DNA from: Vicugna vicugna
Taxonomy: Eukaryota
Length of the DNA stretch: 64,000 nucleotides
Direction: 5' to 3'
NCBI GenBank assembly: GCA_013265495.1
Contig: MU057796.1
Span: 744,001 to 808,000, forward strand
The notes beneath the pieces were generated by a model. It was not told the origin of the DNA and ran no database searches. It saw nothing but the letters and a program-made list of their open reading frames with translations. The translations under genes were made by a program, and so were the position numbers. Below are positions 26,016-38,399 of the stretch, one piece after another; position 1 is the first letter of the stretch, and each line of letters begins with the position of its first letter.

Positions 26016-28474
26016 GTAAGATATACTTTCATTTCCTGAAGTAATTTCTTGTACATTTGTTCTCATAAAACTATTAGAAACTGTTAAGAAAAAAAATTTT
26101 AATTTTTATAATGTCTCTTTTTTAGCCTAAGCTTAATTCATGAGTCTTAGTAGTATTTTTCGTTTCTCCTTTATTTTAATTACCAGAGAATATTATATTT
26201 ATTTATTTTTTCTTTCATTTTTGGAAAACAAAAATGTGTCTCTTAAACTTAAAAAAAGTTCTAATTAACTTCTGCTTGATGACAATCTCTTTTGAGCTTT
26301 GGAACTCTTGTTTAGAAAGCTTAAAGAACATATTTCTGTATTCTTTAATTTCAGCTACCTTAGTGTTTTCTTTGGTATTGGGAAAAAAAAGAAATTTTTT
26401 CTGTTTTAATTTTAGAAAATTCCTTAAATATCTCTAATTGCTTCCTTAAAGCAAAGATGGGGACATTTTTCTTCATTATATGTTGTTTCTTTTCCTCCTG
26501 AACTTTTTGGACAGTGTTACTGTCTATCAATTATTTTAAGGTAGTTTTAATTATGCGTTTTAATTTTGCCTTCATTTAAGTTTTTCCATACTTTGAATAT
26601 TTCACTTGAAGATAAATTAAATAACAGCTATTCTTATTCACAAAAATTATATATTCTGTGGTCTTTGGTATTTGAAATTCTGAAGTAATTGACCTAAAAA
26701 CTACCAGAATGAACTAGTAAAATGGAGACTTCTGGTGGTACAGAACCTAGATAGAGTTGCTTTTCTGGTTTCCTTTTCAGGAATTATCTTGCTAGTAGGT
26801 GGCTTTTGATAACTGGTCGTTCCAAATGCTTATATCGAATAAGTGACTTATTGTGTTCTACCTGTAGTGCATTCCATTAACTATCATCTCTGCAGAAATT
26901 GTTTATAGAGAGATTAAACACTGAAGTTCTAGGAAGTAAATTTCAGTTGCTTGTGATACCCGTCTTACTGTCCATATAGGATTGTCTGTGAGGCACCTTG
27001 TCCCCTTAAGCTGAAATGTCTCTATGATGTCAGTGTCTTCTCTCTCTTACCTTTGCAGTTACAATGGCAGATTCTACTAGTAGTACATGTGCAAGGAATA
27101 ATTTTTAAAATTTAAGTAGTTAAATGACATTTACTTTTCAAACCTTTTATACATAGCCTTTCAAAGAGAATTTAATATATTTTAGAGTTGATAATGACAG
27201 TTGAAGAAAACAAGTGAAAAATATTCACAAAGTTGATAGTCAAAAATGTCATTAAAATTGTTTTTAAAACATTTTCCAGGTTTTACTGGGATGCATATAA
27301 GCCTGTTTAGTAGTTTTATTTAGGGTGTTAAAATTTTAATAGGAACAGTTGAACTAGTTAGAAGTTATTTTAAAGAATATGTACTTAAAACCAGTGGACA
27401 TATTAATATGTAAGAAAATAGAAAGATCTTTCCTGTAACTTTTTTTATTAGTATCTTAGTATACTGTGTGCTCCCTGTGGGATATGCTGTACACTTCTGT
27501 GGTGACAGGTTACACTGCTCTAGGTTAAATGGCCTCATGTGTTAACTTTGGTACTTCAGTAACTGATTTAGGTGGGCATATTATATTTAATTCCTCTTCA
27601 AAACACATATTTTAGTCATATTCCAATTTACTTTCCCTCATTTTAAAAATAGGCATGAAATAAAACTTTTAAATTTGTTTTTAATATTGTATAAATTTGA
27701 AAAGCTTTGGTAACTAAAAAGTTGCGAAGTTTCCTTACATGTTGACAGATGAAATGAACTTATCTTAAATTTTTTATTCCATATAACAATCTATTTTACC
27801 TGTTCTTTCCTTTATTCCCAGCTATGTTCTTTTTCTTGTGTTTTATATTTTTCCACCATCTTGCCTGCTAAGCTTTTTATTTTGCTTGCCTCTTTTCTCT
27901 AAATTACTATCTTTATGTCAGCTTTCATGGTGAATACCCAGTAAAAATTATTTAGTTAATCAGGCACTGCAGGGCAGTTAGTACAATTTGGAAAAGGTTA
28001 GGTAGAATTTTTATTTTATTCTGAAATTTTTAATGTGAAGTGTTTTTCCCCTTGTCAGTATTACATTCTGTACAAACATTAATTTCATTGGCTTGTGTGG
28101 TGTGTTTAGTTTTGGCTTTTGGTAACGCACACATGTTTGCAGTAGTGAATACTCAGGTTCAATTTCAGTTTGTTTCCCACACAAATCAAAAGATTATTTA
28201 AATTAATCCATTTGGACTTCTACAGAATTTTAAAAGTAATTTGAAACTTTTGAAAATTAAAACTGGACTTCGGAAATCATTAGAATCATGTGACATTTTA
28301 AATTATAAATCAGAATTTTAATTTTTAATTCATACTGAGTCAGTTTCTTCAACTCTAGTGAGAATTAATATTTGAAAGTACGAAGATTTACTTTATAAAA
28401 TATATATGAGATTGTTCATTGTGACAAATTAGAGTAGGCATTTTGATTCGTGTTATGATATCTTTAAAGAGTTC

Positions 28475-28680
28475 ATCTTTGCGGAGCCAAGACTAGCTGG
28501 GTTCAAATCTTAGCTCTGCTGTTTGTTGCTTTATGCTCTTGAGAGAATTCTTCTCTGTGCCTCAGATTCCTCTTCTATAAAATGGGATAATAGAGTTGTT
28601 TGAGGATTAAATGAGGTTAAGGCCTGTAGAGTGTTTAGAAGGGGCCCTGGCACTTAGAAAAGTGCTAAATAGACATTACC
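28475..28680 (+). mobile_element. MIR SINE
   Basis: CTGGGTTCAAATCTTAGCTCTGC...TCTCTGTGCCTCAGATTCCTCTTCTATAAAATGGGATAATA...GAGGATTAAATGAG. Confidence 0.8.
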
Positions 28681-29303
28681 TTTGATTTGAATGCTTTCTT
28701 TGATTTCCTTTGATTTTTAAAAAAATTTATAATTGAACCATATTAATAAACAATCTAAATAAGTTACTGAAAACTTCTCAACAGTTACACGAATAAATGA
28801 GGAAACAAACTTAAAGCTGTCGTTGAACCTGTGTACTTTCAAAGTGCTCTGCCTTTTTATACACATTGGTTTAATGATGAAGCATCAGGCCTAAAGATTT
28901 TATAATACAAAGCAAGAAGATTAGCTATGAGGATTTTACTTGGCTCTGTGAATTGAAAGATTATTTAAAAGTGCAGGACACATTACAGTTATGTGTCAAT
29001 CACTATGATTGTCAATAATTTCTCATATATTATAAACTATCCTAGCACAACTGAATTGAAAAGAAATGTTTATTGTTTAATTACCCTTCTACATTCTCAG
29101 TGTTAAATCCATTTTAGTTATAATCGTGGTAACTAAGATGTTCAAATATAAATTTATGTTAAAGGTGAAAGTAAAGTGAGAATTTTAAGGGAGTAAGGAA
29201 AGAGGGAAACTTTTGATTGCTCGAAAGTATTTACAGCCTGCTGTGTGTATCTTGTGTCATTTATTTGCCATGTGTAGTGCTGAAAAGTGTCTTTTATGTA
29301 TAG

Positions 29304-29355
29304 CTGCCTTGGCTGTCGAAGAGCTTGGCTTTGAGCGATTTCATGCATTAATTCA
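29304..29355 (+). CDS. MINDY3: MINDY3 exon 5 (52 nt): SALAVEELGFERFHALIQ
   Basis: gtatag| acceptor, CA|GTAAGT donor. Confidence 0.95.
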
Positions 29356-29522
29356 GTAAGTAACATTGGAACATTTAAAATACTTACCTTGTGGAAACAT
29401 TGCCATTTTAAGTCTGTTCATACTGTGGAGAGGTACTCAGATTTATATGCTTGAGGATTAATTTGTTTTCAGATTTAAAGAAAAAAATAATTTATAAATG
29501 TGTACTTTAAATAATCTGATTC

Positions 29523-29698
29523 TGATAAACAATTTCCTACTGTATAACACAGAGAACTATATTCAATACCTTGTAATAGCCTATAATGAAAAAGAATATG
29601 AAAAGGAATATATATAGATGTATACATGAATCACTGTGCTGAACACCAGAAATTAACACAACATTTTTAAATTGACTATATTTCAGTTTAAAAAAAGG
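29523..29698 (+). mobile_element. Very short L1 3'-UTR insertion with A tail
   Basis: CCTACTGTATAACACAGAGAACTATATTCAATACCTTGTAATA...ACACCAGAAATTAACACAACAT; TSD AATAATCTGATTC (29510-29522) / AATATTCTGATTC (29699-29711). Confidence 0.85.
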
Positions 29699-30457
29699 AA
29701 TATTCTGATTCCTAAATTAACTATTGAAATACACTTTTTATAACAAAAGCTTTTTCATTATTATAATAGAAAAATCAGTTTAGGTTAATGTTTCTTTGTT
29801 CCAAGTGAATATAAAGATTTCTAGTAGTATAAATATGCATAAATGTTTGCATTATTATTTATTGTTTGCCAAAATATACTTTCTGTAATTCTCATGAAAA
29901 GTGCCATATTTTTATTAGGGTATTTAAATTTTTTGTTACAAAATAAAAGGTAAAGATAGCTATGTTGATAGAATTATAGGTTGTTTTGATTTGAATCAAA
30001 TTTGATTTGAAATACATTAATTTGTTTTCAAAGAAGTCACTAATGTACACCTTATCTTTGGTGTTCAAATATTTGTTAAATAATTTTCAGGCTTTCAAAA
30101 GTCAAGTTTTCTTGGTTGCTAACTATATCTTAGAAGAGGGCCACTTCATTCCTTAAATAACTAACTGTATGATCATTGAAGAAGTTACTGATGCCAGACA
30201 GTTCACCTAGGAGATGAAGACATTCCTTAGCAAGTAGACATTTGATTTTAATGGTATCTATTATATACAGTGACAGTTGTCAGCAATAGCTTTTGCTTTT
30301 AATGGCTCAATTTGTATTTAAAAATTTGAGACACTTACAGAAATCTCCTGTTTGTATGTATGCATTTTAATGTAATAGACAGTTAAAATTTTTTCCCATT
30401 TATGAATGTAGTCAGTGTCATCATGGTGTTAATACTTAATTCTTTTTTTCCCCCCAG

Positions 30458-30572
30458 AAAGAGATCATTCAGAAGTTTATCAGAATTGAAAGATGCTGTC
30501 TTGGACCAGTATTCAATGTGGGGAAACAAATTTGGAGTATTGCTTTTTCTATATTCTGTGTTACTGACAAAG
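30458..30572 (+). CDS. MINDY3: MINDY3 exon 6 (115 nt): KRSFRSLSELKDAVLDQYSMWGNKFGVLLFLYSVLLTK
   Basis: Strong polypyrimidine cag| acceptor, AAG|GTTTGT donor. Confidence 0.97.
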
Positions 30573-31149
30573 GTTTGTTGAAGGAGATCCTTCTTTTGGT
30601 TTTTATTAGTTTGAGTTTAGTATTTTCCTGCTGTGAAGAGAAATTTTATTCTTGATTTTGTTTCTTTTCTCAAAATAAATACCCCTTATGTTGATAATGA
30701 AGAATCAACTTCTTTCCTTACCACTTGCTTGTTACTTAACCACTTTGCAACTTTCACCCCTGATCTTCTTGACTGCAGAGATTACCAATAATGTTCTAAT
30801 TATGAAGTACAGTAAGTTCTTCTGAATTTTATTTTCTTTGATCTTAGCAGTGTCTGGCATTGGCCCCTTAAACACTTCTGGAAGCTCCTTCTAACCCCCA
30901 CTCCCTTTCTTAACCTATCTGATAAATCACTGTACTGGTTCTCTCTCTATAATGCCTCATAATTACTTTTTTGTTTATAACATCATTTCCATCTTTACTT
31001 GTTATTTGCCTCTTTTATTCTCTCAGCTTACCTTTATGTGGTTAATTCCAACATTGTACACTTCCAGTCCTACCCTTTTCCTCAAGTGCTAATCTCATAT
31101 TTCTGCTAAGGCTCAGTTTTCCTGCTAGATTTACCATGTCTGATCAGAC

Positions 31150-31990
31150 TTCGTTCACTTGACAAATGTTTATTGACCATTAACTCTAGGCTAGGGACTA
31201 GATTTACAATGTGAGATACAATTTTTAAAAATCATTCTTCTTCAGTGTCCTAAACAAACCAAAAAAATGGACACATTAGTAGTTACTTCTGTTATGGCAG
31301 TGTTTTTTTCACATTTGTTACATGCACAAAGCATGGTGGGAAAATAGGAGAAGGTGTGCCTAAGTTTATTTGGTGGAATCAAGGGTAGACCTTATATAGG
31401 AGCAGTCATTTGATGGATAAGGACACATTTTCCAGACAGAATAGCTGTGGGAAGATGTTCCAAGCCATGGGAGTAGCAAGTACAAAGGCATAATCAATTG
31501 GAGATATAACACACATTTGGGAAGCTATAATTTACTATTATTACTGCAGCATTATATATCAGAAAGGCAGCTGTGAAGATGAGACTGGGCACTTATGTAG
31601 AAAAGGCTCAGAATATGAAGATCCTTATGCACTGTGCCCAGAATACTTTAGATTTCACGTGGCCAAAACAGGAACAAAACCAAAATTGTGAACAATGGAG
31701 TAACAAGATCTTTTTGTTGATAAAAAAGTTTTTTAATTGGGTTAAGAGTTGTGCTAGAGGGAGCTGGTGTGGGGAGTATGACTAGAGTCAGGAAAACTGG
31801 AAAAGTAGTTACTGAAATAAGTGAGCCTAAGCTAGAGCAATGACCATGGGAATAGAAGAGAAAAAGAACGTATTTAGAAACATGTTTTGAACTTAGAAAA
31901 AAAAATGTTTTAATTTAGAATATTTAAGAGTAAGAACCGAAAGTGCTTGGTGTTTGGCTGGCCGTGGGGAATGGCAGTGATGGAGGTTTC
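31150..31990 (-). mobile_element. L2 LINE fragment(s)
   Basis: TTCACTTGACAAATGTTTATTGA terminus followed by purine-rich antisense L2-like sequence; boundaries approximate. Confidence 0.5.
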
Positions 31991-33101
31991 TAGGATGACT
32001 GGTTTCTTACGAGTTCATCTTGACTGTTCATTATTCTCCCAGTTTTTTGTGCTCAGAACTTTTGATACCTCCTCTGACTATTGTCCTTTACAGCCAGTAA
32101 AACCATCAGGTCTTGTAGTTCTCCTTTGAGTTGGTTATTCATCTTTGAGATGATGTCTCCTCTCTCCCCAGTAATTATGTCACTTGTTCATATTATTCAT
32201 TATGGCTTAATCATAGTCTGCTTTGTATAGGTGTTGACAGAGAAGGCCAGTGCAAGGTCTCACACTTGTTTGTATTCTCCTACAATATTTATGCAATCAT
32301 TAATATTTTGATTATTGATTATCATCTCTTTAGTTCTTAGAAATAGCCATAATCAGAACCAGTGGTTAAAGTTAGGTGAATAGCGCAACGAATGGCAGTT
32401 TATCTTTTGTGATTTTGGAATTGATGGAGTTAAAAATGCCTAGGTCTTCTTGTACTTATCCAGTATCTAGACCTTAAGGGATTTGGGTGCTCTTCTAGGG
32501 GATTGAAAATACCAGAAAATTGCCTTTCAAGGAAATAAGAATCTTCCTGCCCTCCTAGCTTACATTTTATTTTGTCGGTGCACATTTGAATTACCAATAA
32601 ACCTTCTATTTTCTTATGTACCAAATATACCTTTTGGGTATTTAAATTTATATTCTTATCAGCTCTCATGTGTGTATGTATTTAGTTCCAGTAAATTCTT
32701 CTAATGGCCCAAGAAAATGCATTTGACGCCTTAGCAGATATAATAGGTTCAGATTTAATTTCACCTGAAGTTAAATGAGTATTAACTTTCAGATGAAATA
32801 ATTTCCTCTTCCTTCCTCTTGAAACTTAAACATTCTGTCTCTCTACTCCTTTACCCAACATGCTGACATTGGATCTGTTACCTATGTTCTTACATACAGC
32901 CCATGGAAAAAAATAAAAGATTCTTAGAGGAACTACTCACATTATCTTAGTTGCACCTCCATTTCAAATCTGGGTAATTCTTTGGGAGAAAAGTTACTTA
33001 AATAATTGTGTTTTATTAATTCATAGTATAAACTGGTTAGTTTGAAAACTACCATAAATTTTAGTTCTCAAAATAAACCAATGAATTCTTGGTTTCTTTA
33101 G

Positions 33102-33175
33102 GGCATTGAAAACATAAAAAATGAAATTGAAGATTCAAGCGAACCTTTGATAGATCCTGTCTATGGACATGGCAG
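33102..33175 (+). CDS. MINDY3: MINDY3 exon 7 (74 nt): GIENIKNEIEDSSEPLIDPVYGHGS
   Basis: ctttag| acceptor, CAG|GTAGTT donor. Confidence 0.97.
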
Positions 33176-34054
33176 GTAGTTAAAATCTATTATTTCTTTA
33201 TGTGGACTTTTGTTTTTAGGAATTTGGCTTAAGATAAAACACCACTGAGTCAGATAATTTTGTTTGTCAGTGTTGACAGCATGAAGTCTTATCGATTTGA
33301 GCAGTCTTGTGCTTTATGCTTTGCTTGCTTCAGGTATGAAGTGTTAATTTCCACTTTAGGTTTATGCATGCATTGTATTTATTGTAGCAAGTATTTTGTT
33401 TTAAGATCGCAGTGGGGGCATTTTAACAAATTCTGCTTGATATTCCATTTATGAAATTTTTTAATAGATGAAATGTACTCATTTTGACTTAAAAATAAGT
33501 ATACCCTTACCTATTTGTAAATGCTTTCCTGCTTGGGAGAAAAATTTTTTTCTTTATTCTTCTCTGAGACTACCTCCCCTCTCAAGCTTTTTATAGTGAA
33601 TTCTGCTAAAATTGATAAGACAGTGATCGATTATTAACATGAGTCCTTCCCTTTAGATGTTTCTGCCTCAGAGGTTAAAATTCACATATCTTCCATCAAA
33701 CACCAAATAATAACAATTATATATGTATTTTTAAGATGATTATAGATATTAAGTAAAAGTATCAGTCTAAAATAAGTTATTGCTTTTTTTATCCTTTTAA
33801 ATTTGATATTTTGGATAAAGTTGTTAAATTTATATGAATATTTGGAACAATGGATACCATTGTGGTGATAAAATAAGTGATACATTTAGCAAGGTGCTTG
33901 TTTGGTGAAGTGTGAAATGAGAACTCTAAGGTTTTTCTAGTTTTTAAACAACATAGTTTAATGTAAAAAATCATCACTTTATGCCTTATAGGAATCATTT
34001 GATTTGAAAATGAGTATATTCATATTTTAATTGCTTTTTAATTTTTATTAATAG

Positions 34055-34134
34055 CCAAAGTTTAATTAACCTCCTACTGACGGGACATGCTGTTTCTAAC
34101 GTCTGGGACGGTGACAGAGAGTGCTCGGGAATGA
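34055..34134 (+). CDS. MINDY3: MINDY3 exon 8 (80 nt): QSLINLLLTGHAVSNVWDGDRECSGM
   Basis: taatag| acceptor, A|GTAAGT donor, phase 1. Confidence 0.97.
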
Positions 34135-35362
34135 GTAAGTACATTCTTGGTTGGGTTTATCTCCTTTATAATTAATATTTCACTAGGATGCAGTTGTTAT
34201 TCATCTGTTTAATGGCTCTGCAGTTCTTAGGGGTTAAGATAAATGCTTCATCATAGAAGACTCCCTCACTCTTTATAATAGAAGACGATTCCCTCCCAGT
34301 TTTCAAGGGGCTGTAATGTGAGGAGCATAGACTTTGGAGGCAGACAAACTTGGGTCAAGTTACCTAACTTCTCAAGCCTTTAGTGTTTCCTAGTTTCCTA
34401 TAAAATTAGGATTATAGGACTAACTTCTTTAGAAAAAGTAATAGATAGACCTCTTAATATATGTAATATACGTTTTATCCAGTGGTATCTGTAAGTCTGG
34501 AGCACTATTGCATTTTGCTTAAAATTGAGGAGAATTACAAGTGTTGTGATTTGAAATATTTGCTTAAAAAGTCTAGTGGGTTTTCCCTGGATTACTTTTC
34601 ATGTTTATAATTTCCTTTAAAATGCTGGGCAAATGTCGTATTGTCTGAGGATTTTAAACCATCATCAACTCCATTTTTGGTCTCAGTTATTTCTTTCCTA
34701 CAGCTTCATATGTTGCCACGGATGTTGAAGTGAAATACCTTTGGCCAATTCATCTAGTTAAGGAGAGCTGATACATAGCTCCGGAAAAAAATTCCCTTTA
34801 ACTTATTATTAGTGGATCAGTCTCAATTCATTTATTCACTCATTCAGCCTATATTGAATAACTACCAGGTACCTCCTCTTAAAGTATGTAGTGTAGGACA
34901 GGAAGTACCGTGGCTCCTACTGTTCACGGGGAAATTTATATTTTCTTATATAATTAGATAAAACTGTCACCAGATGACAAGCAAATATTGTGATTGAGGA
35001 AATAATAGTTACTGCTTTTTGCTCCCATTTAAATGAGTGGATCTTGTTCTTAAATTTGAAGTTTTCTCAAGTTTTAGAAATACGTATAGTTAATTAACAA
35101 AAGCATGAAAGGATACAAGATAAAGGGGAAAAAATCGTGATAGAATTTCAAAATTTAAAAGCACCTTAATACAATCCAACCCTGCATTTTACTGTTTAAG
35201 AAATTTAAGAGCTACCCTGCCTAACTACATTAGAAATAAATGCAAAATTATTCACTGAGTGATGAGGTTAGAATGAGAACCTAGTTTAGGTGATTTCTGA
35301 TAAAGGTCAAAATATAAACAGTAAAATTCATGGACCAAAACACCCCTCAGGTTATCTTGCTC

Positions 35363-35444
35363 TTTTAAATTGGAGGTACTGGGGATTGAACCCAGGACCT
35401 CATGCATGCTAAGCATGCACTCTGCTACTGAGCTGTACTCACCT
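35363..35444 (-). mobile_element. Short vic-1-type tRNA-Ala-derived SINE
   Basis: GGAGGTACTGGGGATTGAACCCAGGACCTCATGCATGCTAAGCATGCACTCTGCTACTGAGCT, nearly identical to 12367-12430. Confidence 0.9.
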
Positions 35445-36519
35445 CGAGCCATCCCTGGTCTTGAGTCCTCATTCTGATTGATAGCTGAAAGTGTTTAACT
35501 TTGCCAGTTAAAAGTATGTCAGTCTCTCGGCTCTCCTCGGCTTTTCCCCATCCAGCCTCCCATAGGCTTTTTGTTGTGTTGTGCACTTCATTTATAGGAT
35601 AGTAGTCAGTTATCCAAGCTTAGGCTTTTGACATGCGCAGATTCATCCTTTTCTGTTTCTTAAGAAATCAGCTTGCAAAGCTATTGCCTTGCCGGGGGTC
35701 TTTTTAAGTATAGTTTAAATATCAAAACTAAGTAGTGACTTTGAAATAATTGTCTTGGAAAAGAAAACAGGCAGGATACATTCCTTGCATTTTTCCTTAA
35801 TCGTTAGGAATGTTGACTGAAGTTTGAATCTGTTTTCAGTCACCAAAGTTAAAAATTATACATCCATTCCGCATTTATTGGATATTTTTTTCTGTCTGAT
35901 AACATGAGAGGAGGTTGTGATATGTGTAATATACAAAGGAAAAATATAATTAAAGAGTTACTAGTTTTACAAATCTTCAGGCAAGCCACTTTACTTCTCT
36001 TGGCTTCAGTTTCCTTATTTATGAAATATGGGGGTAATGCCTTCCTCAAAGGGATGTTGGATTGTAAGGGTTAAGATCAAATTTCTAAAATGTCTCAACT
36101 GGCCGATGGTAAGAACTTGGCTTTCCCTCAGAAGAGGGAGACAAGAACATGCATACAAATAACTACAATACAAACTGCAGTGAAGTATTTTGAAATAAAT
36201 AAAGTATTATAGAAGTTCAGGGGATGGAGAAAACCTTTCCCACTGTGCTTGCCTTGGGGTAAGTGGATAGCCGTTAAGTAGGAGTTAGCATTTTAATTGG
36301 CCAGATAGGATGAGTGAGGGGGGAGGAATACAGGTTGTGTCTAGGGATGGGAGAAAGATCAGTCTCATTAGAGCCATATGTCTTAATCCCTGCTCTACAT
36401 TAGCACTTATGGAATTTAAAAGTAAGTTAATGCTCAGGCCCCAGCTGAGAATAAATAAACAAATTAGAATTTCTAGGTAGTGGGGCCTGGATGTGGTAAT
36501 TTTAAAATTACCCCTAGGT

Positions 36520-37315
36520 GAACATCTTTGCCATCATTACTTCAAACTCTTTCTCAGATAAATTGCCTATCTCCTCATCTCTTATTTCTTCTTCTGGGAT
36601 TTTATCTTGTGTCTTCGCCTGGGAGATACTCCTCTGCCTCCTCATAGTGTCTGTCTTTCTATTTGTGTTTTTTAGGTAGGTTATGTTTATCGACCTTGGA
36701 GAAGTGGCCCTCTGTGGGAAACGTCCTATGTGTCCCAGCAGGACCCTCCTCTCTTGTCACCCAAGAGCCAGGGTCCATCTGGTCCCAGTGTAGAGTCTGA
36801 CCTGTGTTTGTGGATTCCTTCCACAGGCTTTGGAATTGTTGTTTCTTATTTCTGGTATGTGCCCTGGTGGATGAGGTTGGACTAGAGGCTTATGTAGGTT
36901 TCCTGGCAGGAGAAGTCAGTGCCTGCCCACTGCCTGGGGAAACTTGGTCCTGGACCTCTGGTCAGTAGGGCTGTGTCTAAAGGCATCTGTGGCTCAGGAA
37001 GTCTGCTGATGGGTGGGGCTGTATTCCCACCCTGTCTGTTGTTTGGTCTGAGGCTTCCCTACAAGCTGTTGGGTGGAGCTGGGTCTTGGTGCCAATGATA
37101 CAGTCAAGATGTCAGCCTCCAGGAAAGCTCATGTAGATGAACACTCCCGGAAAGTCCACCCCAGCTTTTTTGTCCCCTGGGTGAATTGCAGCCATCCTCT
37201 ACATCCTCAGGAGACCTTCCAAAACCAGCAATCAGGCCTGGCCCAAGTTCCTAAGAAATCATTGTCTCAGCCCTTGGACCTGGCACACACGAAATTCTAT
37301 GTATGCTTCCCAAGA
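36520..37315 (-). mobile_element. L1 5'-region (5' UTR / ORF1 start) fragment
   Basis: GC-richer block with GACCTTGGAGAAGTGGCCCTCTGTGG and GTGCCTGCCCACTG...GGGTGGAGCTGGGTCTTGGTGCCAA, resembling laurasiatherian L1 5' ends (recall). Confidence 0.6.
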
Positions 37316-38399
37316 GAGATAAAGCTCATTTGGAAATAGCAGAGCTGTGCTTTGATGAACCACAGTGGTCTGGTTCTGTACAACCAGAATACTTACTTAG
37401 TCATCATGACATACTGCCTCTTACACTCCACTTAAAGAGTCTTGAGTGTGGTAATAATAAGTGAGATGATGTGAAAGAAGTTTTTATTATTAAATTTCAC
37501 AGTAGCCCTGAGAGGTAGTTATTTGCCTCTTTTATAGAGAGAAGCTGAGATTCAGAATTTAATCCAAAGATTCTTGTCTGTGATAGAGTTAGTGAATGAG
37601 CCATGTTGTATCTCTCATTCAGTGAGAATGAAGGCTAAGAATAGGTAATGAAATTAGCACTTAGCAAGGTCTTTCCTTTAAAAGAGCAACTGAGATAGAA
37701 GCTGTATCATAGGGGGTAAATATTTTAATTAATGTAGGCAAGGAAATGTAGGAAAGAATTGAAAGAGAGGAGTTCATTGCCTGGTCATAATAAGGCCAAG
37801 GGATGGTACACATAGGTTTTATTTTAAGGAACAGAAGTCACCTGAATCATTAGGGAACCACTTTTAATAGAAGAGACAATAAAAGGAGTCAAGAACAAGA
37901 ATGACCTTGCAAAGATGCACCATTCTTTTAAAACTAGGGGGGGGGGAAGGTGTTGAAAAAAGAAAAAGTCATTTTTCAGATGTGAAAGACTTAAATTGGG
38001 AGAACTCTTGGGATTTTGAAGTTGCTGAAAATAAAGGGACACAGATAAAGTTAGAGGCATATAAAGGATAGAAAGGGTTTGAATCAGCTGCTTTAAGAAG
38101 GAATATAAAAATGAATTATGAAAGAAATTTTTAAATGTGCAATCAGAATGAAGAGCTGAGATGAGGTTACATAGAATTATTTACAGTGGATCCAACCAGC
38201 AAAACTTACAGTCTGGTCTTTTTCTAGTGATAGTCATCAGTCTGGCAGTGGGAAAGAAAATGGGTATTGTGTGTTATGCAGGAAAGGCCAAGAAGGTTCA
38301 GTGAAAGATAAATGGGACAGTTTTCTCTTCTTTATATAAAGGACAGCAGTGCTTAATCTGTTATATATGTAATAAACATATTTTCCACAGTTTGTCTTT

